DNA of 62,695 nt, the filler included. It is 9 parts of 9 records of this genome, joined end to end, with 100 filler letters (N's around TTAATTAATTAA, not from the genome) between each part and the next. Parts side by side here need not be neighbours in the genome. Positions count along the whole stretch, not along the records: positions 1 to 6,447 come from SRR31147125_165534; positions 6,548 to 17,475 come from SRR31147125_165751; 7 more parts are not named here. One strand, given 5' to 3'. Each line of letters begins with the position of its first letter. The stretch's first letter is position 1. Positions 1 to 11,700 of the stretch are shown in pieces. The notes under the pieces were generated by a model that was not told where the DNA came from, ran no database searches, and was given only the letters and a program-made list of their open reading frames with translations. The translations under genes and the position numbers were made by a program.

Positions 1-110
1 GTATCTTTTTAAATAACTTAAGGTTAATCTCGTGTAGAACTTCTGTTTAGAGCCTACAGACGTGCCAGACAGAGGACGCCGATGCAAAAAAAGGAAGTGA
101 CCACACATAT

Positions 111-746
111 GTGCTTACATTCGAGGATCTGTTTGAATCGGGGAATATTCAGAACCTTCAGGATCTCTTTGCGAAGGCAACGGGGGTGGCGCAGAAGCTA
201 GATGCTATCGGGCAGCTTGCAGGCAGGGTCGCACACGATTTCAATAACCTGCTGATGGGTATCATGGGCTACACCGATCTGTGCCTCGAAAACATCGAAG
301 AAGAGTACCCCATTCGCGAGTGGCTTGACGAGATCATGCAGGAGGCGAAACGTTCAGCGGATATTGTGCGCCAGCTCCTGGCGTTTTCACGTAAGCAGAC
401 CGGTTGCGAGACGCTGCTTGTTGTCGAGGACCAGCACGCCGTTTGCAAAATCATTCGCAAATATCTGGAGCCGCTCGGATATACCGTATACACCGCGAAA
501 TCACCGGCCAGGGCATTGGAAATCATGGACGAGTCCGGCGGTGACATCGAGCTTCTCATCACCGACGTGGTGATGCCCGGTATGAACGGCCGGGAACTGG
601 CGGAAGGTGTCAACTTCATCTCCAAGCCGATCACGTGCGTTCAGCTTGCGGAAAAGCTGCGAGACATTCTGGGTAAATCTGCTTCAACCGTTTATGGAGG
701 CCATGCCCCATTCGTCATAACGGTCTCCCCTGACGCGATCTGCTAA
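111..746 (+). pseudogene. Internally deleted hybrid histidine kinase remnant (PocR N-terminus / HisKA / partial receiver)
   Basis: Short PocR-like start (IQNLQDLFAKATGVA) fused directly to HisKA (GQLAGRVAHDFNNLL...AFSRKQ), fused directly to a receiver domain (LLVVED...LLITDVVMPGMNGRELAE-GVNFISKP). No HATPase_c domain. The 3' end runs into the convergent AKR gene. Confidence 0.7.
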
Positions 747-1669
747 CATATCCAGGGCTGCCTGCTCGTCATCCGACAGCTCCACATCGTACGCGCGGAG
801 ATTCGACTCGAGATTTGCACGCTTTGTTGTTCCGGTAAGCGGCAGGATGTGGTCACCCCGCCCGATAACCCACGCGAGGGCGAGTTGCGCCGGAGTGCAT
901 GACTTCACCCTGGCGATCGCCTCGATCTCGTCCACGAGCGCCACATTGGCGGCATAGGCGTCCCCCTGGTAGCGGGGGTCGTCAACCTCCAGTCGTCTTT
1001 TCCGAGCGTCTCCGTTTTAAAGCGTCCTGTCAGCATCCCTCTGCCAAGCGGTGAATAGGGGACCAGGGACGCGCCGACGTCGATGCAGGCGGGAATGATC
1101 TCTTCCTCTATGTCACGACTGAAGATCGAGTATTCAGATTGTACCGCCGCTATCGGATGGATTGCGGCTGCCCGGCGGATTGTATCGACCGATGCCTCGG
1201 ACAAACCGATGGCGCGCACCTTGCCTTCGCTTACCAGTTCCGCCATCGCTTCCACTGTTTCCTCAATCGGTGTGGCTGGGTCGACACGATGAAGGTAATA
1301 CAGATCAATGACGTCGGTACGCAGGCGCCGCAAAGAGCCTTCGACAGCGCGCCGGCAGTTTTCTCGAGAGCCGTCGAGACCGGTGAACGCACCGGTTTTA
1401 AAATCCCGTTTCGGGCCGAATTTCGTGGCGATGAATACCTGGTCACGGCGGTTTGCAAATGCATTGCCGAGCAGTATCTCATTCGCGCAGCCAATGCCAT
1501 ACATCTCCGCCGTGTCGAAATGTTCGACGCCCAGCTCTATCGCTGCGTGCAGCAGCTTGATCGCAGCGTTCTCCTCCAGAGGTGGGCCGTAAAACTCGGA
1601 AAGGCCCATACATCCAAGACCTATCACCGGTAATTCCCGCAGCGAATTGCCAAGTGTTCTTTTGTGCAT
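684..1669 (-). CDS. Aldo/keto reductase (frameshift at homopolymer 974-978)
   Basis: GLGCMGLS, FDTAEMYG, IATKFG, IDLYYLHRVD, GKVRAIGLSE, VQSEYS, YSPLGRG; continues in ORF 684..944 (TPAQLALAWV). Adding one C restores TPRYQGDAYAANVALV. Likely start ATG 1669 (MHKRTLG), with GGGAGGG upstream. Confidence 0.9.
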
Positions 1670-1934
1670 CGGTTTTCCCTCCCTATCCAGATGGGTTCCT
1701 TGCATAATTTGTGGAACTGGTCTTCCTGTTGCGCGGCACGATACTACACCTATATGCACGCGGGGAGATGTTTCCACCGGAAAATTATATCCGGTGAAGG
1801 GGGGCGAAGGGACACATAGCTCCGGTATGCGCGTTTCGGCTGAGTCGGGGATACGTACACGCAAGGGGCGGAGACCGTGTATCGGGAGCGGAGCTTGAGC
1901 GTGCCCGTATCGAAACGTGAGAAATCCGCCGAGG

Positions 1935-2726
1935 CTATCCGGCCACGAAATTGATATAGAGCTGGAACAGCTGCTGCACCTGCGGCCGGAACAGTAGGTA
2001 GATGAGCCCCGAGACGGCCAGGAACGGGCCGAACGGGATACGTGTGGAACCTCCCTTCTTCTGGCTGCGCATTGCCGCCAGCCCGGCGAATGTGCCGGTT
2101 ACTGAGCTGGCGAAAATGATGAAGAGCAGTGACTGCCAGCCGAGAAACGCCCCGAGCATCGCGAGGAGTTTGATATCGCCGCCGCCAAGGCCCTGTTGTT
2201 TTCTAAGAAGATAGTAACTGGAGGAGATCAGGTAGAAGATAGCTCCGCCAACGACGAGTCCGATAAGAGAGTCCTGCCAGGTGACGAAGGACGAGACAAA
2301 CGAAAAGGCGAACCCTAAAATAATTCCGGGCAGGCTGATAACATCAGGTATTATCTGGTGATGAAGATCGATCCATATTATAGTAATCAGCGCGCAGCAG
2401 AAGATGAAATAGCCGAGCGCCGTCACGGTTAATCCGAACGCGGCAAGGAGCGCAACACCCATCAGTCCGGTGAGCAGTTCGACAATCGGGTATTGGGGTG
2501 ATATCGCGACCCTGCAGTGGGCACATTTTCCCCGTAGGAAGAGATAGCTGAGAATCGGGATATTCTCGTACCAGTGCAGCGGGATGTCGCATTTCGGGCA
2601 GTGGGAGGGTGGAAAGGCGATGGACTCCTCGGGGTTGGGCAGTCTGAGAATGACCACGTTGAGAAAGCTGCCGATAATGGATCCAAAGATGAATGCTGCG
2701 CTGGCAAAAAACATGTCGATCTGCAT
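1935..2726 (-). CDS. pilD: Type IV prepilin peptidase/N-methyltransferase
   Basis: GSFLNVVILRLP, SHCPKC...W.ENIP..S...LRGKC..C, GGGDIKL, IPFGPFL. Confidence 0.95.
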   Translation of the reverse strand: MQIDMFFASAAFIFGSIIGSFLNVVILRLPNPEESIAFPPSHCPKCDIPLHWYENIPILSYLFLRGKCAHCRVAISPQYPIVELLTGLMGVALLAAFGLTVTALGYFIFCCALITIIWIDLHHQIIPDVISLPGIILGFAFSFVSSFVTWQDSLIGLVVGGAIFYLISSSYYLLRKQQGLGGGDIKLLAMLGAFLGWQSLLFIIFASSVTGTFAGLAAMRSQKKGGSTRIPFGPFLAVSGLIYLLFRPQVQQLFQLYINFVAG

Positions 2727-2777
2727 GGCCTGTCCGCGTAATTCGGTTGAGAAAATTTATTAGAGAATCAGTTCATT

Positions 2778-3566
2778 ATGTCGCAACACCAGGAAAAAGC
2801 AAGAATTATCCGGTTCGAAAAACTCTCCGCGCTCACGCTGCGCATCACGCTCGATGCACCATTGATCGCCGCTTCGGCGCGGGCCGGCCAGTTTGTTATG
2901 ATCAGGACTTCCAGTGGGCAGGACCCGCTGCTGCGCCGTCCTTTCTCCCTGCACCAGACGAGCCGGGACGGTCATATCCAGATCTATTTCAAGAACGTCG
3001 GCCGGGGGACCGATATCCTCGGTCGCGCACGGGTTGGCGATGTGCTCGATGTTTTCGGGCCGCTGGGGCGTGGGTTTCGGATTCATGAAGAACGTCCGGT
3101 CTGTCTCGTTGGCGGCGGACTGGGGATTGCGCCGATGCTGTTCCTTGCGAAAATCGTTGCCGCGACGACACGTGATCACGGGAAGGACCTGATCGTGCTG
3201 GGCGGACAAAGCAGAGCTGACGTCGAGCCTCTGGTCGAGGACTTCAAAGAATTCGGGCTGCCCCTTCAGTGCACCACTGACGACGGATCGTACGGGACCA
3301 GGGGGTATGTCACCGAGTTCGTCGAGTCGCAGAATCTGTCGGCAGACTGTGTGGTATATGGATGCGGGCCCGAACCGATGCTCGAAGCGCTGCACACTCT
3401 GTGCCGCTCCCGCGGCCTCGAATGCCAGGTGTCGGTGGAGAGCGTGATGGCGTGCGGCATGGGGGCCTGCCTGGGATGTAACATTGATGCGGCCTCCGGC
3501 GGGTACGTGCATGTCTGTATCGAAGGACCGGTATTCAACGCGGAGGATCTGGCATGGAATTCGTAA
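2778..3566 (+). CDS. pyrK: Dihydroorotate dehydrogenase electron transfer subunit
   Basis: [50 protein letters not shown]...VC.EGPVF; upstream of pyrD. Confidence 0.95.
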   Translation: MSQHQEKARIIRFEKLSALTLRITLDAPLIAASARAGQFVMIRTSSGQDPLLRRPFSLHQTSRDGHIQIYFKNVGRGTDILGRARVGDVLDVFGPLGRGFRIHEERPVCLVGGGLGIAPMLFLAKIVAATTRDHGKDLIVLGGQSRADVEPLVEDFKEFGLPLQCTTDDGSYGTRGYVTEFVESQNLSADCVVYGCGPEPMLEALHTLCRSRGLECQVSVESVMACGMGACLGCNIDAASGGYVHVCIEGPVFNAEDLAWNS

Positions 3567-4492
3567 CAGACAACGACTCCTATCCGGACCTGCGCGTCAA
3601 CATCGCCTCGCTTGAGTTGCGCAACCCGGTGATGACCGCCTCGGGCACGTTCGGCTACGCACGTGAATTCGAGAATCTGGTCAATCTGCACCGGCTCGGT
3701 GCGGTGATTGTGAAGGGGATCTCGCTCGAACCGAGGGTCGGCAACCCGCCTCCCCGTATCGTCGAAACACCGTGCGGGATGCTCAATGCGATCGGGCTGC
3801 AGAATGTCGGGGTCGAGCGTTTTATCAGCGAGAAGATGGGGTACCTGGGGGGGATCGACGTACCGGTAATCGTCAATATCCTTGGTGATACGGTCGAGGA
3901 GTATCGTGAGCTCACCAGTCGGTTGCGGGGGGTGGAGGGTATCGCCGCCCTTGAGGTGAATATATCCTGTCCCAATGTCAAGAAAGGCGGTGTCGCGTTC
4001 GGAACCGACCCGTCCATGGCGGCCGCTGTGACTGAAGCGGTTAAGGGGGAGGCCGAAGTCCCGGTTATGGTCAAACTGTCGCCAAACGTTTCCGATATCT
4101 CTGAAATGGCTAGAGCGGTCGAGGGCGCGGGGGCAGACTCCATTTCTCTGATCAATACGCTGATCGGGATGGCAATAGATGTGGAGCGGCGCAAACCGGT
4201 GCTTGCTAATGTCATCGGCGGTCTTTCCGGACCGGCTGTTAAACCGGTGGCCCTGCGCATGGTCTACCAGGCTGCACAGGCGGTATCCATTCCGGTAATC
4301 GGGATCGGCGGCATCGAGACGCCCACGGACGCGCTCGAGTTCATCGTGGCTGGTGCCACCGCCGTTCAGGTGGGAACCGCGAATTTTATCAATCCGCGGG
4401 TCAGCGAGGAGTTGGTGGACGGAATTGGCGAGTATGTGAGGCGGAACAAGCTTTCGTCGGTGAGAGAGTTGATCGGCACGCTCGAGGTGTAG
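3554..4492 (+). CDS. pyrD: Dihydroorotate dehydrogenase 1B catalytic subunit
   Basis: [57 protein letters not shown]. Confidence 0.97.
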   Translation: MEFVTDNDSYPDLRVNIASLELRNPVMTASGTFGYAREFENLVNLHRLGAVIVKGISLEPRVGNPPPRIVETPCGMLNAIGLQNVGVERFISEKMGYLGGIDVPVIVNILGDTVEEYRELTSRLRGVEGIAALEVNISCPNVKKGGVAFGTDPSMAAAVTEAVKGEAEVPVMVKLSPNVSDISEMARAVEGAGADSISLINTLIGMAIDVERRKPVLANVIGGLSGPAVKPVALRMVYQAAQAVSIPVIGIGGIETPTDALEFIVAGATAVQVGTANFINPRVSEELVDGIGEYVRRNKLSSVRELIGTLEV

Positions 4493-4765
4493 GTGGTGGC
4501 AGGGCAGACAGGGGGAACGGGCGGCGGGCAGCGGTTCGGCGCGATCCTCGGTACCCTCAGGCTGCTGACAGCACGCAATACCCCGTGGCGGGCGAAACTT
4601 GCACTTGCAGCTGCAGTCATCTATCTGATCGTGCCCTTTGATCTGGTCCCGGACTGGCTCATCATCCCGGGCATACTTGATGATTTTGTGGTTGTTTCGG
4701 CATTGATATGGCTGGCGAGCCGGCTGGCGGACCCTCCCGAAAAGAAGGACTATTCAGACAGGTAA
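4493..4765 (+). CDS. YkvA/DUF1232 family small membrane protein
   Basis: TPWRAK...IYLIVPFDLVPDWL...GILDD motif. Confidence 0.85.
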   Translation: MVAGQTGGTGGGQRFGAILGTLRLLTARNTPWRAKLALAAAVIYLIVPFDLVPDWLIIPGILDDFVVVSALIWLASRLADPPEKKDYSDR

Positions 4766-4802
4766 CTCAAGTAACGAGGTTTATGTGGAACCAGGTGAAT
4801 GC

Positions 4803-5630
4803 ATGCAGATAGATGGAACGACAAAGGTGTATGGGATCATCGGCAATCCGGTCGAGTATTCGCGCAGTCCGCTTATGCACAACAGCGCTTTCGCTGCACT
4901 CGGGCAGAACCGTGTCTACGTACCGTTACAGACGGAAGACGTGAAGGCGGCGATCGAAGGACTGCGGGCACTCAACATCAGGGGCGTGAGTGTCACCCTG
5001 CCGCACAAGGAGGCGGTGATGGCGCTGCTCGATGAAATTGACCCGGTGGCAGACCGGATCGGTTCGGTGAATACCGTTGCGGTTCGGGAGAACGCAGGGA
5101 AACCGTGGCTCTACGGGACCAATACCGACTGGATGGGTACCAATAGGGCACTCGCTGAGCGTATCGAGCTGAAAGGGAAAAGCGCGGTCATCCTCGGGGC
5201 CGGCGGTGCTGCGAAGGCAACCGGATTCGGCCTGCAGGAAGAAGGGGTGACGGTGACGATACAGAGCCGGACGGAGAGCAGGGGACGTGAGCTGGCCGAG
5301 CAACTGAATTGCCCATGGATCTCACTCTATGAGGAACCGGAAACAGATGCCGACATCCTCATCAACGCGACCTCGGTCGGAATGAAACCGAATGTCGATA
5401 TGAGCCCGGTCGAACCGGAGCAGCTGAGCCGCTATCAGGTGGTGATGGATATCGTCTATGCACCGCTGCAGACGAAGCTGCTTACGGATGCGGCGGCGGC
5501 TGGTGTGACCTGCATAAACGGTCTGGAGATGCTGCTCTATCAGGGCGTTGCGCAGTTTGAGCTGTGGACCGGTGTCAATGCGCCGGTCGAAGTTATGCGG
5601 GACGCACTGTACGGTACAGTTGACCCGTGA
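4803..5630 (+). CDS. aroE: Shikimate dehydrogenase
   Basis: GNPVEYSRSPLMHN, SVTLPHK, GSVNT, NTDW, GAGGAA, INATSVGM, GLEMLLYQG. Confidence 0.96.
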   Translation: MQIDGTTKVYGIIGNPVEYSRSPLMHNSAFAALGQNRVYVPLQTEDVKAAIEGLRALNIRGVSVTLPHKEAVMALLDEIDPVADRIGSVNTVAVRENAGKPWLYGTNTDWMGTNRALAERIELKGKSAVILGAGGAAKATGFGLQEEGVTVTIQSRTESRGRELAEQLNCPWISLYEEPETDADILINATSVGMKPNVDMSPVEPEQLSRYQVVMDIVYAPLQTKLLTDAAAAGVTCINGLEMLLYQGVAQFELWTGVNAPVEVMRDALYGTVDP

Positions 5631-5660
5631 AATCCTCCACCATAAAGAAGTAATACGAAC

Positions 5661-6447
5661 ATGATTGAAATCAAACCCGTTGAGACCGTTGATGCGACCG
5701 TCTCTGTTCCCGGTTCGAAAAGCATCACTCAGCGTGCGCTGATCGCAGCCGCTCTTGCGGACGGGACCAGCGTCCTACACGGTCCGCTCGTCAGCGAGGA
5801 TACCGATTATTCATCGGCGGCCCTTAACCAGATGGGTGTGGCCATCGACAAAAAAGAAGCGAGCTGGGAGGTTCACGGTATCAGCGGCGGTGTCAAACAG
5901 CCGGAAGACGATATCTATCTCGGCAACAATGGGACCGCGACCCGTTTTCTCACCTCGGTGGCGGCGCTCGGTTCTGGTGAGTTCGTGATAGACGGTGACG
6001 AGCGCATGTACCACCGGCCGATCGGGCCGCTGATGGAAGCACTTGCGGGGTGGGGAGTCGACATCGAGTCGATCAACGGGACCGGGTGTCCGCCGCTGAG
6101 CATCCTCGCATCCGGCCTTGCCGGCGGCAGGACGACCCTTCCTGAGGGTAAGAGCAGCCAGTATCTGTCGTCACTCCTGCTTGTCGCCCCGTACAGCCGA
6201 AAAACGGCGGATCTTGACGTGATCGGGGAAATCCTGTCCAAACCCTATGTGGCGATGACCCTCGATGTGATGGCGGATTTCGGCATCCGGGTCGAAGCTG
6301 CGCCCGACTTTTCCTCGTTCACTATTCCGCAGGGCTGCTACACTGCGCGCACGTACAATATCGAGGGAGACGCCTCCAACGCGTCCTATTTCTGGGCGGC
6401 GGCAGCCGTATGCGGTGGCCGGGTAACTGTCGACAACGTCCCGGTCC
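5661..6447 (+). CDS. aroA: EPSP synthase (3' truncated by contig end)
   Basis: VPGSKSITQRAL, LGNNGTATRFL, RPIGPL, SSQYLSSLLL, SKPYV.MT, IEGDASNASYF. Confidence 0.96.
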
Positions 6448-6547
6448 NNNNNNNNNNNNNNNNNNNNNNNNNNNNNNNNNNNNNNNNNNNNTTAATTAAT
6501 TAANNNNNNNNNNNNNNNNNNNNNNNNNNNNNNNNNNNNNNNNNNNN
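6448..6547. other. Artificial contig spacer
   Basis: 100 nt of N around TTAATTAATTAA (stops in all six frames). Confidence 0.99.
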
Positions 6548-7726
6548 AAAACTCATTCCGCCAATTCCGAATACCAGAATCAGCGCCACAATACTCAAGT
6601 TTCTCGGCCGGGTCAGATCTTCACCGGATTTGACCAGCGTGTTCAGCCCGATGACCATGATGGCTCCGAAAAGAAGCAGCATGATGCCACCCATCACCGG
6701 TGCGGGAATGGTCTGGAGGATGGCCCCCACTTTTCCGATAAACGCCAGAAGAATCGCCACAATGGCGGCCCAGGTCATGATGGCCGGATTGAATACCCGT
6801 GTCAACGCGACGGCTCCGGTGACCTCGGAGTAGGTGGTATTGGGTGGTCCGCCAAGGAAGGCGGCAAAGGATGTGGCAAGCCCGTCTCCCAGCATGGTGT
6901 TTTCTATGCCGGGTTCTTTCAGGTAATCTTTACCGGTGACCCCGCCGATGGCCAGAACATCTCCGAAATGCTCGATGGCCGGAGCAATGGCAATGGGCAC
7001 AATGTAGAAAATCGCCTGAAAGTTCCACTCCGGCAGAATAAAATCAGGCATGGCAAACCAGGCGGCGTTACCCACCGGTGAGAAATCCACGATTCCGAAG
7101 ATGAGTGAGAGGATGTAACCGACAATAATTCCGCATAAAATGGGGATGAGCCGCAACAACCCTTTCCCCAGAATGGAGATCAATACCGTGGCGGCCAATG
7201 AGAGCAAAGAGATGATCATGGCGGTGTTCTGAGGGAAGAGCTCAACAGAGCCGTCACCGGTTTTCCCCATGGCCATATTGACGGCCACCGGCGCAAGAAT
7301 AAGCCCAATCACCATGATGACGGGCCCTGTCACCACAGGAGGCAATACCCGTTTGATCACATCGCTTCCCTGCCAGCGGATCAGGAAACTCAGCAGCACA
7401 TAGATAAAACCGGCGGCACACAAACCGCACATGGTTCCCGGAATTCCCCAGGTTTTGACGCCGTACATGATGGGCGGCAGAAAGGCAAAGGAAGAGGCCA
7501 GGAAAATGGGAATCTTGCCTTTGGTGATCACCTGGAAAATAAGTGTTCCCGCACCGGCGGTAAAAAGGGCGACGTTGGGATCGAGACCGGTGAGCAGCGG
7601 TACCAGTACCAGTGCACCAAATGCCACAAACAGCATCTGTGCTCCCAGAAGAGAATCCTGAACTCTGAATTGATAGTCCGTTGATGCAGCATTGGCTGCA
7701 GTTGACATTGATGGGATATCCGACAT
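6548..7726 (-). CDS. uraA: Uracil permease, NCS2 family (3' truncated)
   Basis: QMLFVAFGALVLVP, LPPVVTGPVIMVIGL, EHFGD, GPPNTTYSE, IPAPVMGG; downstream of upp; GGAGG precedes ATG 7726. Confidence 0.93.
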
Positions 7727-7863
7727 GGTTTCTTTTTTTCCTCCTGTCATGTGGTGGATGTATATTTTTGAGCCGGGTTTACATGGCTGTTATTGACATA
7801 TAAGGCCCCCCTGAAGGGCTTGTCCTTACTGTTTGACCGTCATGGGGGCGGCGGATTCGGATG

Positions 7864-8490
7864 TTATTTGGTACCGAAAATCTTGTCACCGGCATCTCCA
7901 AGACCCGGAAGAATGTACCCCACCTCATTGAGGCGTTCATCGATGGCCGCCACATAGATATCGATGTCGGGATGTTTTGCTTCCACTTTGGCGATTCCCT
8001 CGGGGGCCGCGACAAGGAACAGGCCTTTGATCTGTTTACATCCCGCCTCTTTCAAAAGGTCGATGGTGGCAATCAAGGTGCCGCCTGTGGCCAGCATGGG
8101 GTCTAAAATCAGGGCTGTGCGCGCTTCCATCGAGCTGGCGGTTTTCACATAGTACTGTACCGGCTTCAAGGTTTCTTCGTTCCGGTAAAATCCAACGACA
8201 CTCACCTTGGCGGACGGAATTAGGTCTATAACACCGTCCATCATACCAAGTCCTGCACGAAGAATGGGAACAATGGTGATCTTTTTTCCTTTGAGGCGCT
8301 CCACCTGAACGTCTCCGGCCCACCCCTGGATGGTCCGGGTTTCCGTTTCAAAATCCTGGGTCGCTTCATAAGTCAAGAGCCGTGCGACTTCAGAGGATAA
8401 ATCTCTGAAGTCTTTTGTTGAAATGTTTTTTTCCCGCATCAGCCCCAGTTTGTGTTGAATCAATGGATGCTCTTTTACAAATACAGCCAT
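7864..8490 (-). CDS. upp: Uracil phosphoribosyltransferase
   Basis: [44 protein letters not shown]. Confidence 0.97.
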   Translation of the reverse strand: MAVFVKEHPLIQHKLGLMREKNISTKDFRDLSSEVARLLTYEATQDFETETRTIQGWAGDVQVERLKGKKITIVPILRAGLGMMDGVIDLIPSAKVSVVGFYRNEETLKPVQYYVKTASSMEARTALILDPMLATGGTLIATIDLLKEAGCKQIKGLFLVAAPEGIAKVEAKHPDIDIYVAAIDERLNEVGYILPGLGDAGDKIFGTK

Positions 8491-8635
8491 ATTACTCTCC
8501 CTATGCATGCCCTAATACATGCGTTGAATGGTTATTTGGTTGGATTTTTAATCCAATTGTCTGTCGATAAATCTTCTAAAGATATGGGATAAGTGTCTAT
8601 ATAGTCAAGAAAAATGATCTGTTTCGTTTATCAGA

Positions 8636-8663
8636 TTGACAATTGTCATTATTTGGGTATATT
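8636..8663 (+). promoter_or_regulatory. Putative sigma70 promoter for alpha-2-macroglobulin with overlapping palindrome
   Basis: TTGACA (8636-8641), 16-nt spacer, TATATT (8658-8663); perfect palindrome TGACAATTGTCA at 8637-8648. Confidence 0.5.
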
Positions 8664-8717
8664 TTAGACTCTTAGGGCAGTAATTTTTCGTTCGATGATA
8701 TAAAATAAGGGGGCGTC

Positions 8718-11700
8718 ATGAGACTCATTCGATTTTTCTTCATCTATTTTGTCATTTTGTTCTCCATTGTTATGCCGGTGTTGTGCCAAGCAGGGGATGA
8801 TGGCGCTCCAACCAAAAATGAAGTGCGTCCCTTGACGGCTCAGTTTGCATCCCAGCAGACCATAGACGGGAGTAATGCCATTGCCGTCACCTTTTCCGCC
8901 CCACTTGATGCCAAACAAAACCTGAACCGTTACCTTGCCCTCTTTGATCCGGAAGATGTACCGGGGGAGGGAGGCTGGGTGCTTTCCGATGATCCCCAGG
9001 TGGTCTATTTCTCAAATATAGAACCGGGGACCACCTACGCCATCGAAGTTCACAAGGGGCTGAAAAGCGATTCCGGGATTTTATTGACGGAGTCGGCAGA
9101 CTTTCAAGTCAAGACCCGGCCGGTGGAAGCCATGATCAACTTCGGCAGCAGAGGGTTTATTCTTCCGGCATCCCTTAGACGGGGACTCCCCATTCACAGC
9201 GTTAACATCGATCAGGCGGATATCGATTTTTTCAGGGTCGACCCCGCCTATGTCACGGCGTTCATCAAAAGCTTTGGAAAAGAGAGCCATCTTGAGTACT
9301 ACAGAAGTAAAGAGCTCAATCGCTACGTGGAGCTGGTCTACTCCGGTCGCTGGGATCTCGATATCAAAAAGAATCTGAGAACCGAAATCAATATTCCCAT
9401 TACCCATATCGAACCGCTGAAGATACCCGGCGTCTATATGGCCGTTCTCAGGGGAGCGGGAATATACGAATATGAATACAGCGCCACCTGGTTCACCATC
9501 AGCGATCTGGGGCTCCATGTCCGGAAATACACCAACGCCATCCAGGTTCAGGCCCAAAGTTTGGAGACGGCGGCACCCATCTTTGGTGCCGTCATCGAAG
9601 CGTATAACCGAAAAGGCTTTCTGATTACTCAAGTGAAGAGCGATACAGACGGGGTGGCAAAGCTCCAGGGGGATTTTCAGGATCTGAAATATATCATTGC
9701 CCGGAACCATCGACACATGACCCTTCTTCCCATGGATTTTCCTGCCATGGATCTTTCTGAATTCAAAGCGGTGACGGAGGCCCTTCGCCCCATTGATCTC
9801 TTTGTCTACGGCCCGAGGGATCTCTATCGTCCGGGGGAGACGGTCGTGATCGATGCGCTGCTGAGAAAACATGACGGGCTTATGACGGCCGCCCTGCCGC
9901 TCACGGCAAAAGTTCACCGTCCCGATGGGCGCATGGTTCATGAAATGCGGCTTAAAAGCAGGCACCTCAACTATTACCATTCGACCTATTTGCTTCCCCC
10001 GGATGCATTGACCGGCAGTTGGCGTATCGAATTTTCCCACGCCGGAATTCCTTTGAAACCGTATCGTTTCACGGTGGCGGAATTTTTGCCGGAACGGATG
10101 AAACTGTCGCTGGAAAATCCCCGGGATCAGGGCGACCGGATCGGGAAAAATGCCTCTCTCGCCATTGCCCTCAAGGGAGACTATCTGTATGGTGCACCGG
10201 CTTCCAACAATAAAGTGGATGCTCGGATTCAACTGCAACCGGCGCGGGAGCTTTTCCCGGATGAATGGCCGGACTTTGAGTTCGGTCATGTGACGGAATC
10301 GATTCAACAGTCGTTCACCACCGATCCCATCAAGCTGGATGATACGGGTCGGGGCATCCTTAAGATTGAGAATCAATGGGAGGGGATCCGCTCGCCGGCC
10401 CAATTAAGAGCAACCGTCAGTCTGTATGAATCCGGCGGCAGACCGGTGGTAAGAAGCAAATCGTGGCAAGTGTGGCCGTCCGGCTCTCTGGTGGGTATCC
10501 GAAGCCTGGCCCTGGATGGAGAAGGGGGCGGAGAGGGCGCTACCGGTATCGGTGGAACCGGGAAGAGCGGAAAGAACACCATCCGTCAAGTCAAAGGAGA
10601 CAGTGTTGCTCAGTTCGAGGTGATCGCCGTTGATCAAGGGGAAAACGATTGGCTGTATCCGGTCTTAAGGCCGTCGTGATTCGGGAACATCGAGATTACT
10701 ACTGGGAGTTCAGAAACGATTCCTGGCAGTGGCGCTACACCAGACAGTTTTATCCGGTGGAGCAATTTAACGTCGATATCCCGGCAGACAGCGCTGCTAC
10801 GGTTCAGGTGCCGGTGAAATGGGGCGGCTATCGACTGGAATTGACCCATCCCGAGACCGGACTCATCAGCAGTTATCGCATCTGGGCCGGATGGCGTTAC
10901 AGCGCCGGCGGATGGAGCGAAGGGGGAGAAGAGGGAAGCAACCGTCCCGATAGGGTGGCCCTCTCTTTGGACAAAGCCGCTTATCATCCCGGAGATCGGG
11001 TCAAGGTGATGGTCAAAGCCCCGGAAGGGGGCAGCGGGTATTTATTTGTGGAAGCGGATACCAACCTGCTGACCCGTGCCGTCACCGTACCGCCGGAGGG
11101 AAAGCGGGTGGAGTTGACTCTCGATCCGGCATGGCAGCGTCATGATCTCTATATCTCCGCTCTGATCGTCAGGCCCGGTGAAGCGCGCATGGAAGCCATG
11201 CCCAAACGGTCCGTGGGCCTCATTCATCTGCCGCTGGATCGCACGGAGCGACGTCTTGCCCTGGAGATCGGTGTACCGGAAAAGATCGAGCCGGATCAGG
11301 TCATTGATATTCCCGTGATGGTGACATCCGGTGAGATGCATCGATCCGATATCCGGGTGACCCTTGCCGCCGTTGATGTGGGTGTTTTGAATCTGACCTG
11401 GTTTGAAACGCCGTCCCCCTGGGATTACTTTTTCAACCTAGACGGTATGGGGTTGAGCTCCATGATCTCTATCGAAAACTCATTGAGGCGGGCAAAGGGG
11501 CTTGGGCCGTCCAGCGGTTCGGCGGAGATGCCCCGGGGTTATCCAGGGGGGGGATCGGCCGGAATCCGATGTTCGCATTCTATCCCTTCACAGGCAAGCC
11601 GTGGCCGTGGATGGAGACGGCATTGCCCATTTTCGTCTCAGTATCCCCGACTTCAATGGTGCAGCACGCTTCATGGCCGTGGCCCACAGCGCCGACGCGT

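Noticed and set aside
1670-1864. N-terminal extension of the aldo/keto reductase in the ORF track
   Set aside because: Family similarity starts at MHKRTLG (1669), which has a good RBS.
9081-10403. 440-aa antisense ORF inside A2M (also 27250-28320, 35621-36625, 37347-38240)
   Set aside because: Shadow ORFs opposite well-supported genes, with no recognisable motifs.
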